A stretch of 64,000 bases of DNA from Diplonema japonicum (GCA_964019335.1 OZ025706.1:310001-374000); one strand, 5' to 3'; shown: positions 10,170-22,081, counted from the first letter of the stretch. The notes: generated from the letters alone by a model not told the origin. Translations and numbers: made by a program.

Positions 10170-12965
10170 TCACGCTGTCAACCAATCAGGCACAAGCCTA
10201 GAAGACCTTCCCAGGGTCTTTGCCTTGACCGTGTCAGGTAGGTACTTTTGAGCAGGTGTTATGCTACCGTCTGCCCGTACCGCGTAAGGATATTTCATCA
10301 AGTGGCAGACCTGGGACGCATCATGTGCAGCGTGCTGGTTCCACGACTGTAGTGATATTTCGTTCACGTACCGAACACACTCGATGCTTTGGGGTTGCAG
10401 GATACAAGAAGGGATCTTGCCCTTGTCCGCTGTTAGGCAAAGATGCTCTGTCCAGAGAGACAGCCTGTAAGCATGAACCACCCCGTGGGGTTTCTTGTTG
10501 GTGGTCCTACTGTGCCCTGGTTGCGACATAGCTACTGCGATTTCAGTGTCACGGTCGCCCGCCATGCTGCGGTCGTTAACATTGCATGAACCGATGATGA
10601 CAATTTCATCGTCAACTAGAAGCATTTTTGAATGAACGTAAATAGGGACCCGCGCGTTTCGTAGAATCTGTGCTTTTCTCGATTTGTCCTGCGGGCGGAG
10701 GGGTTGAACGGGTTTGGCCTCTCCGAGTTTGGTCTGCCCGAGACAGAAAAAGTTCAAATAATCCGTAGGTACCCTTGTAGACTGTGCTTTTTTAAGGGCC
10801 AATCCGATATGATGATACATAGCAGCAACTGTCTGAAACTGCCAATGGATCATTTCCTGTACCGTTTTCGATGAAGGATCGCCTTCTGGGAACAGAGGCA
10901 GTACAACGTAAACCGCGAACGGTTCGCCCCGTCTGATGGCCAGCAAGATCCTTGTGATGATAACGTCAGGGATTCGGTTCCAAGATGTGTTCTTGTTGTT
11001 GCCCTTGAGCCATTTGTCAGACGCGCCCATGAAGAATTGGTTTTCGATGTAGACAAATCGCTGCGCGTTTTCGATGGATTTCACCCATGCTTGATGGCAG
11101 TCGGCTTCGATGCCCTGGACGGTGTTGTCGCTGAACTTATCGATGGAACGAAGAAGTTGAACATCCCAAGCGTCGTGCCCACGCCCGCCTGGGATGTCGT
11201 CCGCTGGTTTTAAAATCCTTGCAGACGTGCCCACATCATACAGGGCGGAATTGTTATTCGCCTGCGTTTTCCATCTGTTCTCGAAATTCTGAACGATGTC
11301 ATGTGCGGCAGGGCCTTCCACTTGACAGTGAACATCTTGCCATGGCTGTCTCGGACCTTCCGGGACACCATGAGAATGAGTTTCAAATGTCGTCATCGTT
11401 TGGTAGCAATCGTCGATGTGTTCACGGTCCAATGTCGCGAATATCTCCTTTCCAGGAGTGTCCCAACGACCCCCTGTTAGGTCCAAACCACCTATAAACG
11501 CAACGACTCGTCGCTTACCCGATCTGTTATTTGAGCCAGCGTCCATCATCGCACCCTTTTGATGATGTGTCAGTGTGAGGTTCGATAGAAGCCCGACACC
11601 GTTTCTGAGTACCCCAACGCATGTTACAGATGTGTTTTTGAAGTACGCGATGGTTTGGCTTGATTTTGTACCGGCAACACCGTCGTTTTCAAAGAGACCT
11701 CCTGGGGTACCCGCCGTGCTTGTTGCTTCCTTCCACACCATGATGCAGACGGTGACGCCTTCGTTTGCTTTTTTAATAAGCATTTCACCCAACGTCATAC
11801 TCGTTGATATCTCACCGTACGGTTCGACAGTGATCGGAGCTTCTCGAACAAGCCTTGTGTGAGCATCGACTGACCATCCCATAATGTATATGAATTGCTT
11901 AGCTTGCATAATTCGCTTTGCTATGTCAATCCAGCAGTCCTCTCGTCGGTAAGTTCGCTTCTCGTATAGTGGAACGTGAGACAGGCGTTCACGGTGTCTT
12001 TGGCCTACATGTGCTGACTGGTAGAGGGTGACTTTGTTGGAATGGGTTAGAGGGTACCGCGTTCCTTGGATTTCGTGAATAGTGGTTGATGGGTGAGCAG
12101 GGGGTTTGAGCTGAAGCCAGATGTTCAGTTCGCCGCCAAATTTGCCCGATGCTGTTCGTAAAGGTACCCACCCTGAGAACGGTTTACCCGAAGCTAGTAT
12201 TTCAAGCCCGTTATCGGTAGTCAGAACCGCCTCAGAGACGATTTCGTTAGAACTAACATCTTGATCTTTGACACAGAAATGAAGAACATCGGTATCGGGT
12301 ACCATAACACCCGCTTCTGCGGCCCTGTGGTCCCATATTGGTGAGGATACGTCATCGACGACCTTTGTTCTGGTTATCAATCGACCGGAACCGTCGAACA
12401 TTTCGCAGAAGGGATCGCCTGGTTTCTTCCCGCAGAAGATTGTTGTGTCAGAGTCTGGGAGGTTTCTTGCCGACTCGATGACGATCCTCAGCACACCATG
12501 TATTCTCGCCCCTTCGGGTTTTGGAGGGTATTTCACCCCCGGAAACGGTCTGATTGGGAAGCTTGGTTTTTTTAGTTCCGCGGTAGGCATGTCGATGGAT
12601 CTGGAGTGGTCCTGCCACTCGATTTCGTAAGTTCCTGCTGTTCGTTGTATGATAACGGCAGGCTGCCAACCGTTTTCCCATTTTGCCTCTACCATTTCTC
12701 CTTGTTCGTAGATTGGTAGGACTTTTACCTGTTCTCTCGGGATGTCCTTGGTCACGCTATTGTCGTCCCACGTCAGGTCTACCTCTTCCCCTCTATCGGA
12801 GCACACCACGGCGGGGTACCATTCCTCTCCCCATCGTGCGATTACCACTGTTCCCGGCTTGAGGTAACTGCTGCTTTGGGAGGCTTCTCTTCTTCTAGCG
12901 CGGTTGATGAGGGTCTTGATGTGGTACCGGCGGGAGTCTGAGTCCTTCCCGCAGCATGCTCCCAT
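10170..12965 (-). CDS. PLD: Phospholipase D, C2-domain (plant alpha/delta-like) type, with N-terminal tandem Tudor/Agenet-like repeats
   Basis: Two HKD motifs (HQKGAMMD, HSKMLLVD), IYIMGWS, GGLDLTGGRWD, FVYIENQFFMG; C2 domain (IESARNLPDSD..DPFC); two RW/KW..W(Y/Q)PAV..W.D repeats; MGACC start. Confidence 0.92.
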   Translation of the reverse strand: MGACCGKDSDSRRYHIKTLINRARRREASQSSSYLKPGTVVIARWGEEWYPAVVCSDRGEEVDLTWDDNSVTKDIPREQVKVLPIYEQGEMVEAKWENGWQPAVIIQRTAGTYEIEWQDHSRSIDMPTAELKKPSFPIRPFPGVKYPPKPEGARIHGVLRIVIESARNLPDSDTTIFCGKKPGDPFCEMFDGSGRLITRTKVVDDVSSPIWDHRAAEAGVMVPDTDVLHFCVKDQDVSSNEIVSEAVLTTDNGLEILASGKPFSGWVPLRTASGKFGGELNIWLQLKPPAHPSTTIHEIQGTRYPLTHSNKVTLYQSAHVGQRHRERLSHVPLYEKRTYRREDCWIDIAKRIMQAKQFIYIMGWSVDAHTRLVREAPITVEPYGEISTSMTLGEMLIKKANEGVTVCIMVWKEATSTAGTPGGLFENDGVAGTKSSQTIAYFKNTSVTCVGVLRNGVGLLSNLTLTHHQKGAMMDAGSNNRSGKRRVVAFIGGLDLTGGRWDTPGKEIFATLDREHIDDCYQTMTTFETHSHGVPEGPRQPWQDVHCQVEGPAAHDIVQNFENRWKTQANNNSALYDVGTSARILKPADDIPGGRGHDAWDVQLLRSIDKFSDNTVQGIEADCHQAWVKSIENAQRFVYIENQFFMGASDKWLKGNNKNTSWNRIPDVIITRILLAIRRGEPFAVYVVLPLFPEGDPSSKTVQEMIHWQFQTVAAMYHHIGLALKKAQSTRVPTDYLNFFCLGQTKLGEAKPVQPLRPQDKSRKAQILRNARVPIYVHSKMLLVDDEIVIIGSCNVNDRSMAGDRDTEIAVAMSQPGHSRTTNKKPHGVVHAYRLSLWTEHLCLTADKGKIPSCILQPQSIECVRYVNEISLQSWNQHAAHDASQVCHLMKYPYAVRADGSITPAQKYLPDTVKAKTLGRSSRLVPDWLTA

Positions 12966-13132
12966 GTTTGAAGTCTTTTTTTTTTTTGTCCTTTGGAAGT
13001 ATTTTTTTGTTATTTTGGAAACAAAAAAAAGGGGGGGGGTAAAAAAAAAAGTAACACATCAATCGTATACAATGAAGGAGGGGAGGGGGAAAAGAACAAA
13101 TATTGCGAGAGAATATATAATAAAAAAAAAAA

Positions 13133-13898
13133 TTCGATAAAGTTTCAGTGTGCATGGGGGTGCTCACTGTTCAAGTAGAAATTCACACTAATCGGTCACC
13201 GTTCTGCGGTTGCTGTCTGGTGCCTGCGGTGGCTGTTTGTCGCGATGAGATGGAGGGCATCTGGGCGAGGAACATTACATGGAGTCGTGCTAGGTAAGGG
13301 GCTGTTTGGCTCGAGGAGAAGAGTGGTCTCCTGTAGTAGCCGTGTGCCGTCGGGCCCCCAAGATGTCGAAGGGCATGCACCCTCGACTTAGCTTTGGCAG
13401 GGAAAGCAGTACGCCCCCCTCTCTCTGCACTTTTCTGGATGCGACCCAAGAGATATCGCATTCTATTGGCTTTCTCCGTGAGGAAGTCCTGGTCGTCAAG
13501 CGGGCCTATGAGTGACCGTCTGCTCATAGTCAATCGCTAGCTCCATCGTTGTGATGGAAGTCTTGCTCTTACGTACCATCGCAGGCCTCTCAGCCACTTG
13601 AGGACGCTCTTCAAGTGGAACATCAGGATCAAGCCCGACGCTCCATTCGATTTCAGAAACGCCTCTGTTGGAACATCATGTTGTTTCCCAGTTTTAACCT
13701 CATCCCACGGGTTGCAGGTGAGTAGCCTCGCACTCCTCTCCGCCGCCTTGGCGTCACGCTCTGTCACGACATTCACTAAATACGTCTGGATCATCCTCGC
13801 CTGTTTCTTAGCATCCTCATCCGCTCCCCTCGGAATGATTCCATGCAGGGCTGTAGCTGCGGGCAGGCCATCACGCACCACTCCCAGCCCCGTACATC
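13133..13898 (-). mobile_element. Decayed ORF remnant, probably transposon-derived; paralogous to 37763-38100
   Basis: GC-rich block bounded by homopolymer runs. The ORF is broken by a stop (13537..13881 and 13183..13533). Its C-terminal ~65 aa align with the ORF at 37815. Confidence 0.6.
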
Positions 13899-13987
13899 AA
13901 AAAAAAAAAAAAAAAAAAAAAAAACTCCCTGATACAATGCCGGGAGGGGGAGGGGGAGGGTGGAGAGAGGAGAAGGAATCCCCCCTC

Positions 13988-14829
13988 TCACCGTACCCGG
14001 GTGACAAAGAACGCATCTTCAGTTCTTATCTACGTATTTTTTTTCTTTTTTTCCCCCCCCTCCCCATCCATACCGGGAACACTCCCTTGCGTTTACCATC
14101 AAACTCGACCAATATCAAAGCACCGCGATATCCGACAACATATCCTACAGCACCGGTCACGGAGCCCACTGCTATGGGGATGCCAAGAGGAAACGAAGGG
14201 GATGGTGGATGCGAAGGGCGTAGGTGATGCGGGGTGATGGCCAGCACCACCCCATTGCGAAGATGGAACTGAATGAGCGCCTTCTGCTCCTGGTAACCAA
14301 CAACAACCCCGGCAAGGCCGTTGAACTCCGATCGTTCCCCTGTGTACCCACAGGCCTCAACAGCGACCCCGATCTCTAGATGGGGGTAGAGGTCGGTGAT
14401 TGCATTCCCGTTCCAACCATAACCGAGCTCTGTCGTCTCCATTGCTGAATATCTAGGAGACTCTCCTTGACGTTGAGGGCAGTCAAATCTGTGTGTTGGC
14501 CATGCGTTGTTCTGGCACGTTTCGTTACAGTAAGCAACACTGTGGCACCCTGTACAAGGGTACAGCAAGCCGTTACCCGCACCGCAGTAACCGCAAGAGC
14601 CTTCTTGGACGGGGGGGGAGTTTGGTTCATATTCCTCGTAGTCTCCTACTGTGGACGGGACCGGTGTCGTGCCTTTTCTTATGAATCGGCTCGGGGTTGG
14701 TATCTTCTTCTTCCATCGACCCCACTGGACCAAGACCTCATTGGGCGTGGAGCTCACCACCACACCCGCTTGCCATGTCCCATTGCCTCTTAACACTTCT
14801 ACCGGATCGCCTTTTCGATATTCGTCCAT
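13988..14829 (-). CDS. MYND zinc-finger protein with SH3/Tudor-like beta domains; intron 14030-14073
   Basis: CGYC..CTGCHSVAYCNETCQNNAWPTHRFDC matches the MYND pattern. A GTATGG..TAG intron gives the C-terminus IRTEDAFFVTRVR*. Confidence 0.8.
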
Positions 14830-15542
14830 TGCATTTTTTCTCCCACTTTTTTTTTTTTTTTTTTTTTTGGAGCAGCAGCAAAACGGCAAAAAAAAAAAAA
14901 AAAAAACAAACTCTAAGGGTACCAGGATGAAAAAAAAAAGGTCAGAAAAAGAGAAAAAAAAAATACTAAATGAACGAAAGAGAGGTTTTTATATCGCGTC
15001 ATTTCTTCTTTTTTTAAATTATTATTATTCCCTCTTTAACTTTTTTTTTCTCTAATCGCTCCAGATTTCGCTGTCCCTCTCCTTTTTTTTTAAAGGACGG
15101 AGGAGGGAGAAGACGGAGGGCTGCTTTATTTTGTTCCTGATCTATTTTTATTCTACTTTTTTTTTAAAAAAAAGAAGAAGAAAAAGAAAGAAAAAAAAAA
15201 CCTCTCTTCTGTGGCAGAGAAGAGACCAAACAAAAAAAAGGGGGTAAAATAAAAACATTAAAGCTTAACATTATAAAATAAAATAAAAAACGGTAATATT
15301 ATGCCCTCTTCTTTTTAAATACCCCCCCAGGCTTTGGCTTAGTACCCCAAGCCCAAGGGGGTCGGGGAGAAAAAAAAAAGTGTATCTATCTCCTGGTTTG
15401 AGGAAAAAGCAAAGCAAGAAAAAAAATAATAAAAAAAAAAAAGGAAATGTCACATAAACTGGCAAGGCGGCCAAAACAAGCTATCAGAAGTACTGTTAGC
15501 AAGATGGGCTCGGGGACTAGTGGTAACTCGTGGGAATATCTG

Positions 15543-15573
<31 letters not shown>

Positions 15574-15574
15574 A

Positions 15575-18500
15575 TCATACCTCCCCGATAGTTTTATCGG
15601 CACAATCACTCCTTTCGAAAAACAATAAATATGCATTTGGGGTGGAAACCTCCTCCGGGCCGATCCTTGTACAGCTTGCATCATTCAAGGACCACCAACA
15701 CCCGTCATGGTTCACATATGTATAGTAATGCCCCGCATTGCACGACCCCATGTGGTTGATGACACTGTAGTGGTTGTACTGTGCCCCAGCGATGCTAAGC
15801 CTCTCCTTGGGGATACCGACATCTGTGGTAATCTTCTCCCCGATGTGGTTGAAGCGCTTGAGCTGGAGCATCAGAAGAGGCGGCCATCTTGCCACCTGAA
15901 GGCTTTTCGTAACAGTGGAAAGTAATTTCGCGTCCGGAAATTTCCACGGACCAGGCGGGGAAGCATCTGTATGGTCGATGGTAATGGTCGCTGGCAAGGC
16001 GATCTCTTCACTGTCGTCTACCGATATCTCAAAACCGCCTTTTACGAAATTTTGCAGACGGTGCCGTATTTTACCACCGGTGGTTTTTGTGTCTTTGGAC
16101 GGGACGAGGCAGTCCCCCATGGCGTTGCTTCTGACAAGGAGGTAGCTTCCCTTGTGGTCAGCCTGCACCACAACGGTGTAGATTTTTGAAGGATCGGGAT
16201 CGGTGGCCTCGGCCCAACCATTTTCCGTTATCTCAACTAATATGAATTTTTCTACGTCCTCGCTTTGCTGCGCCTTGCAGACCTCTTTCAGTATGGTTGC
16301 TGGGCTTGTGTCGTTCTTTTTCGTGAAGACGGAAACCGGTCGAACCACGGCGTGCGTTGCGAACAGAATTTTCCACGCCACAAGGGTGTCCTTGTCCGTG
16401 TGTTTCACACAATTTTCACATGTTTTTATGATTTTTTCAGGGCGGAAGAAACCTTCGAGGCAGTCGTCGAGGGTTGTCTTGAAGCTAGTCTCGACCCTCG
16501 ACGAGGGTGGGGTGATCCTCCCCGCCCATTTGCTTCGGTAGTACTTCAGAATCGTTTTCCGGTTCCACGTAGCGGCCCACACCCCTGGGCCGTACACACC
16601 GCACCCAAAACAGTTCTTCTCCCACCTACATTCCTTACACCTTTCCGCAGTTTCATCGACTTGGTGCAACGTAAAGGGAATCTCACCGTCCAACGGGTAA
16701 TCCGGAACTAAATGTCTGCACTGCCCCCAAACCTTCTCCGCAGCGTACTCAAAATCAAGCGTTTGGAACCCAGTGTAGAACGGCCTGTCGAATACAATAG
16801 CCGACAAGCCTGAGAAGGGTCCGTTGTAGACCTCCTTGATGAAACGGTGTACAATCTTCACACGGTGCACGTCTGTGGAAAAGACGTAAGGAGCCGATCG
16901 TAAAGAGGAGATGGGGGTCTCCAATGACATAGGGAAGAACCCGACTGGGTTGACGACAACGGGGTACGCAATGTCCGTGAGGAGGTCGTTGATCTTCGCG
17001 GTTCGGTTGGCTTCGGTTTCGACGCTTTGGAGGGCGGAGGCGGGGTCCCCCGTGTACAGAATATAAGAGAACTTCACAGTAGGGCTAGCGGGTAACGGGA
17101 CGTGGATCCCGGAGAACGGTTCGAACGAGCGGGTCGTGTGCGCGCAGGTGTCGCACGACATCTTCGACTTGAAAACCCCCGAGAAGAGGTGTGTTAGAAC
17201 AGAGTTGGTTGTTTTTACGTGGTCCTTCCATACGAGGTTTTCGGCATCGGCGTCTGACAAATCTTCCAAAGCAGCATGGGGTTTGTGCTTTCCGGGAACC
17301 TCTCTGTTGGTCCGGTCGATGTCCTTTCCCAACCCGTCTAAAAGCGATTCTAAAAATTCATGTGCGTCGTGCTGCACGCCTTCAGTGAACTGCGGCGACG
17401 TCGTCCTCAGCACCCTCCGCAGCTTCTCGCTGTTGACAGGTGTCTTTCCGGGCGACCCGCACCACAGTTCTTGAAAAATGTCCGACAACGCCAAGGCGAC
17501 CTTCCCCTTGTTCCGCAGATCGTACAGAAAACCTTTGTTCAGAAAATATTCGCGAAGCAGTCTTGTGTGCGACAGACACTGCAGCGACGCGTTCATGTAA
17601 CAGGTGTTGCCCAGGTTCAATAAACCAAGCCGGCCTTCGCAGCCGCGTCCCCGTTGCTCCTTTAACACCCATGTTTTAGGAACGGTGTAGGTTTGGTCTA
17701 TGTATCCCTCTTGTGTGGAGTTGACGGTGATCCGATCTGTCGTGACGCCTGTCACGGTGCAGACGGCCACTGTGTCGCTTCGTGACCCTCCTGGGAGAGG
17801 GGTGTGGATCTCAACCTCGGTACCGATGCGAATGTTCCCAGGGCCCGTTTTCGGGCTCCAAGGTGTCGTGTCGATGGTGACCTCGTAGCTCGGTTCCAAA
17901 CAAGATATGTCGGTCCCGACCTCGTCTACTAGGGAGTCGTCCGGGTACCATAAAGAGACTGTTTTGGGAGAGATGTTTAGGATCTTGCAAAGATCGTTTT
18001 TCAACACGGAGATCGGCATTGTTCTGCTGCGGTACGCGACTATCTTCCTCACCGGCCCTGTCATGGGGACGTACGTGACATGCACCGCGGGGCGCGATAT
18101 TTCCAAAACACCGTTTTCAAGGACTTTTCGAGTGACGCTGTCGCCGCTGCCTTTCCCGTACCAGGCGGTTAGAGTTTTGTATGTGATCTCGTTGACAGGG
18201 ATTACTGTGTCAATACGTGCCTCGAAGGTTTTGGCGTCAGGGGTGACAACTTTTCCAGGGGGTTCCATTTCGTTCCAAAGCTCCCACCAGTTCCGGCCAA
18301 TGAGGTACCACACGGAGCCTGGTTCGGCAGGCTCGCTGTACCCGTCGTGAAGCAACGATTTGATCAGATCTTTCTCGCCTTGTCTTGTAGGCGGACGGTA
18401 TCCGAGCACGGCGCAGATCTCTGTGAAGTTTTCATTCGATGCCACAGCCTGCCCCCATGGTGTTGTAGATGCAAGGGTCTCGCGGTTGTCCCACGCTTGT

Positions 18501-19165
18501 GCAATGTCCGAGACCGACAGCGTACCCGTCTTGCGTTGATCCAGATCGTCAAATGCAGATTCGATATCACCGCCGTCCATATATCTTCCAAGGATTGTTT
18601 TGAGGAAGTTCTTGGAAACAACACGCTCGGGCGATCGTGCTGCGAGAGATTCGTAGATTTCCTCCACAAGCCCGAAAGGAGGCTGCGATACCTCCGGTGG
18701 CTCCAATTTTGCGGTGGATGAGCACAATGTGGCGCACAAATAAGGCAGCCAGGAAAGATGCGGCGATGCAGGGTTCTCAGCTGCCCATGCTAGAAAACCA
18801 CTCTGTGTGGTTGGAAGGTTGATGTATAAAAGCGATTGTGTGTTGTATATGTAGAAAGCAAGCAGGGCCAAGCCTTCGCTGTCAGCTGTTTTTAACGTTG
18901 CTAAGCCGCATATGAGGTCGCTGAAGGTGATGAAACCATCATTGCTCCTGTCGAAGACACGGCACAGCCCGTCGGTGACCTGTCTGGGCATGAACGGCAT
19001 TGCCCTCTTGACAACGAGATGGGCGAACTCCTCGCGTCTCATTTTCCCTTTTGCGCATATTACGTTCCACCCCTGCCGCAGGGTACTGACCTCCGCCTCC
19101 CCGAGGGCGGTTTCGGCTTCTTCATCGGTAAGCTGCAGCACTCCAGTGCTGCTGCTTGCGCCCAT
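15575..19165 (-). CDS. Ubiquitin-specific protease, USP32-like architecture (myristoylation signal, EF-hands, DUSP, split UCH)
   Basis: Cys box GLLNLGNTCYMNASLQCL, QHDAHEF, His box HMGSCNAGHY, EF-hand DRSNDGFITFSD, DUSP-like WYLIGRNWWELW; start taken as MGASSST. Confidence 0.9.
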   Translation of the reverse strand: MGASSSTGVLQLTDEEAETALGEAEVSTLRQGWNVICAKGKMRREEFAHLVVKRAMPFMPRQVTDGLCRVFDRSNDGFITFSDLICGLATLKTADSEGLALLAFYIYNTQSLLYINLPTTQSGFLAWAAENPASPHLSWLPYLCATLCSSTAKLEPPEVSQPPFGLVEEIYESLAARSPERVVSKNFLKTILGRYMDGGDIESAFDDLDQRKTGTLSVSDIAQAWDNRETLASTTPWGQAVASNENFTEICAVLGYRPPTRQGEKDLIKSLLHDGYSEPAEPGSVWYLIGRNWWELWNEMEPPGKVVTPDAKTFEARIDTVIPVNEITYKTLTAWYGKGSGDSVTRKVLENGVLEISRPAVHVTYVPMTGPVRKIVAYRSRTMPISVLKNDLCKILNISPKTVSLWYPDDSLVDEVGTDISCLEPSYEVTIDTTPWSPKTGPGNIRIGTEVEIHTPLPGGSRSDTVAVCTVTGVTTDRITVNSTQEGYIDQTYTVPKTWVLKEQRGRGCEGRLGLLNLGNTCYMNASLQCLSHTRLLREYFLNKGFLYDLRNKGKVALALSDIFQELWCGSPGKTPVNSEKLRRVLRTTSPQFTEGVQHDAHEFLESLLDGLGKDIDRTNREVPGKHKPHAALEDLSDADAENLVWKDHVKTTNSVLTHLFSGVFKSKMSCDTCAHTTRSFEPFSGIHVPLPASPTVKFSYILYTGDPASALQSVETEANRTAKINDLLTDIAYPVVVNPVGFFPMSLETPISSLRSAPYVFSTDVHRVKIVHRFIKEVYNGPFSGLSAIVFDRPFYTGFQTLDFEYAAEKVWGQCRHLVPDYPLDGEIPFTLHQVDETAERCKECRWEKNCFGCGVYGPGVWAATWNRKTILKYYRSKWAGRITPPSSRVETSFKTTLDDCLEGFFRPEKIIKTCENCVKHTDKDTLVAWKILFATHAVVRPVSVFTKKNDTSPATILKEVCKAQQSEDVEKFILVEITENGWAEATDPDPSKIYTVVVQADHKGSYLLVRSNAMGDCLVPSKDTKTTGGKIRHRLQNFVKGGFEISVDDSEEIALPATITIDHTDASPPGPWKFPDAKLLSTVTKSLQVARWPPLLMLQLKRFNHIGEKITTDVGIPKERLSIAGAQYNHYSVINHMGSCNAGHYYTYVNHDGCWWSLNDASCTRIGPEEVSTPNAYLLFFERSDCADKTIGEV

Positions 19166-19572
19166 ATAATTTCTTTTTTTGGGGGGGGGGAGGTTTTTTT
19201 TCTGCCCTCCCCTTCCCCTCGGCCTCTCCTCCTTGTATATTTTTATATTTTGTCGCGCACAGTAAAAAAAAAAAAAAGAAAAAGAGAAAAAGGAGAAAAA
19301 AAAAGAATACTCCGTGTAAGCCTCCCCCCCCCCCCCCCCCCTCAGTCCCCCTTTTTTTGAAGGGAAAGAAACTATTAAGGAAAAGGAGGAGGGGAGAGAG
19401 AGGAGGGGAAAAAAAAATAATAACTCGATAAGATTTTTTTTTTTAAAAAAAAAAAGTGTGCATGGGGAGGTGCCCACTTGTTTTGAACAATACAAAACAA
19501 AAGGGTCGTGTAAGTGACAATCAAGAAAAAACAAGGGGGGGGGGGGGGGGGGTAATTATAATAATTCTTCTA

Positions 19573-20355
19573 TCAAGCTGCCGTCTTCCGTTTTCGCTCC
19601 ACGAGCTTTTTCTTGTCGAACTCAGGTATTTTCCTGTTGATGACGAACGACACAACTAACATGAACACCGCATCCATAACCTTGAAACTCACAGCCTGCC
19701 ACTTTGCAGGTACAAGAAGGAAAACAGGAATGTCAGCCGGGATGCTTAAGACACACGCAGCACCGTATAGAATGGGGAAATCGGAAATAAATCTGTGCTT
19801 TATGTGCTTGGCAGTGGGTTCCTGCAAAGCGGCATTCGCGGTAATGGAGACGGAGGACACCACACCACCATACACAATTGTGTCCCATAATATCTTGCGA
19901 GTCATTTGATGAGCTGTCAGGTGGCCAACATGTCCAGGCACGATAAGAGGCAAAAGGACATAGTACCATGTGAAGCTTAGTGGGTCGAAGACAAGGCCGG
20001 CTACTGCCATCATTCTGCCGGTTCGCGCTGGTTCGTATTTTTGTGTAGCTTCGATGATTTCGTCGTCGGTAACTTGGTAGCAATCCGTGCCGACTACCAG
20101 GAACGAAGACCCGCCCTCTTTCATCACTATCCCGAGGGTGCCTTTTTCGACGGTTTGCGCTTCACCGTTGTCGTCCAGGACCACTAGTTCCTCAGTCGTT
20201 ACGACCTCTTCGCCCTCTCGCATGCCGCCGCGTTTGTTCTTCCTCTTCTTCCGCTCCTTCGTGTAGATCTCCGCATGCTGTGTCGCAACATCTCCCAGCG
20301 CAGCGATCCCGCTCGCAAGGACCATGTTGAGAATCAGCAACTCGATGAACGGCAT
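19573..20355 (-). CDS. Mpv17/PMP22 family membrane protein
   Basis: GDVATQ, RTGRM, PLSFTWY, KILWDTIVY and FLLVPAKWQ match the family pattern. Confidence 0.75.
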   Translation of the reverse strand: MPFIELLILNMVLASGIAALGDVATQHAEIYTKERKKRKNKRGGMREGEEVVTTEELVVLDDNGEAQTVEKGTLGIVMKEGGSSFLVVGTDCYQVTDDEIIEATQKYEPARTGRMMAVAGLVFDPLSFTWYYVLLPLIVPGHVGHLTAHQMTRKILWDTIVYGGVVSSVSITANAALQEPTAKHIKHRFISDFPILYGAACVLSIPADIPVFLLVPAKWQAVSFKVMDAVFMLVVSFVINRKIPEFDKKKLVERKRKTAA

Positions 20356-20392
20356 TTTTTTTTATATACCCCCCCTTTTTTTTTGAACGGCG

Positions 20393-20421
<29 letters not shown>

Positions 20422-20423
<2 letters not shown>

Positions 20424-21165
20424 ACATCAACGAAGACAGATACCGCTCCGCCTCAGTGTACACAACAAAAGTGACGCCGTTCACAGGGAAGGCTCTCAGG
20501 ATAAGCGGGACACCGCCGCTCAAGAACCCGCGGAGCCCTCGTGTCGTGTAGATCTCTTTAAAAGACGCAGTGAGAGACGTGTTCGTAGCTTGAACATGAG
20601 TTTTCAGGGTGTCGAACGGAAGGCAGGACGCCCAGGACAGCACCCCTGCAAGACCCCCGGAAGTAAAGGTAGAAAAGTGAAGTGAAAGATGCTCGAATGA
20701 CGAGAAATAAACAGCGGTTGAAGGGATGTCTCGAACAAGTGTGGCGTGAAGGCCTTTATACAGATGCACGGTTGGAAGGGCCTGTCGAAGACCTCCTATT
20801 TTCATACGACCCTTTTGTTTTTGAAGTGCAATTTTCAGTGCGTCAACAGGGGTCACGACCAATGTGCAGACACATCCTGAAACGAGGCCTGCGGCTAGTG
20901 TGTTGTTCTCCCCGAGGAACCTTAAGGCGCTTTTGTAGGACATGAAGCAGACGCCTTGGTACAGGGCTGCCCCCAGGACGGGTGCGACAAGCCCCCTCCA
21001 TAGTGCAGGAAGGCCTTCTTTTTTTATAATTTCCTTTAAATGCACCCAGCTAGTCCCACCGTTGAGCTGTGCCCTAGTCTTTACAACGTCGAAAGGCTGC
21101 CCAACAACGATGCCAGCAGCACCACCCGCGGCGCCTGATGTAATGTCGATAAATGCATTTACCAT
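20422..21165 (-). CDS. Mitochondrial carrier (SLC25; carnitine/basic amino-acid carrier-like)
   Basis: Three PxDxxK signatures (PFDVVKTR, PVDALKIA, PFDTLKTH), plus RDIP and RAFPVN. Confidence 0.92.
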
Positions 21166-21359
21166 TCTGGGAGGGGTGGAAGGATGTATGCGAGGGCCAA
21201 AAAAAAAAAAAAAAAAAAAAAAAAAAGCAACTCTAGTAAGAGATTTCTTTTTTTTTTTTTGAAGAAAAAAAAGAAAAGAAAAGAAAATCGTGCCTCTTGT
21301 GACGTCCTACACACAAACTATTTAGGATATCAAAACAACTCGTTTTTCTTGTTTCTTTA

Positions 21360-21404
<45 letters not shown>

Positions 21405-21553
21405 TCTTGTCATACGATTTATAAGGAGGGAAGAAGGGAAAAAAAAAAAAAAAAAAAGGAAAAAAATGAACAGAGAGGGATCAAAAAGATATTTTTTTTG
21501 GGGGTCACGTTACTAACCCACTACAACTTTTCGCTTTTTTTCCCCCCCCCACT

Positions 21554-22081
21554 TTAAAATTTCTGGTAATGCAGGCCAGAACGCAAGGAGACAGGGAACT
21601 CCCCGTTCCACGCCATACCGGTGCTGGTGTTGGTGCTGGCGGTTGACGCAGAGCCTGACACAGCTGAGAGGCTGGACTGCGAGCTATGCAGGCTGAACGT
21701 GCCCGAGGGCGAGATAGAAACAGCAGACGGTGTAGTTATGTACGAAATTGCAGCCAAAAAGGCCTCCTTGTCCCTTGAAGAGATGTAAGGTGTGTTAAAG
21801 TCTGACGGGTCAAGCCATTTCAGGTCGGCTACCTCGTCTGCTTCTAGCTGCTTCAACAGCTTTAAGATACCTGCCTCCCTCCCCTTCCCCACGGCGCTTG
21901 TGACGAACCTATTCAGTCTTTTCCTCTTGCTCTCCGCCATAACAGGTAGGGGTGCTGATGGCGCTGCAGGTTTCTTCGTTTGTTTCACCCGTTCGTCCTT
22001 TTTATCCTCCCACCCTATTGAGGCCATTCTTGGATTGTCCATTTTCACAAATGTTTTATTGCACACCAGCGTCTCTTGCAT
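21554..22081 (-). CDS. Hypothetical protein with Ser-rich C-terminus
   Basis: Coding-like composition from MQETLVCNK; the upstream part of the ORF is homopolymer spacer. Confidence 0.6.
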   Translation of the reverse strand: MQETLVCNKTFVKMDNPRMASIGWEDKKDERVKQTKKPAAPSAPLPVMAESKRKRLNRFVTSAVGKGREAGILKLLKQLEADEVADLKWLDPSDFNTPYISSRDKEAFLAAISYITTPSAVSISPSGTFSLHSSQSSLSAVSGSASTASTNTSTGMAWNGEFPVSLRSGLHYQKF

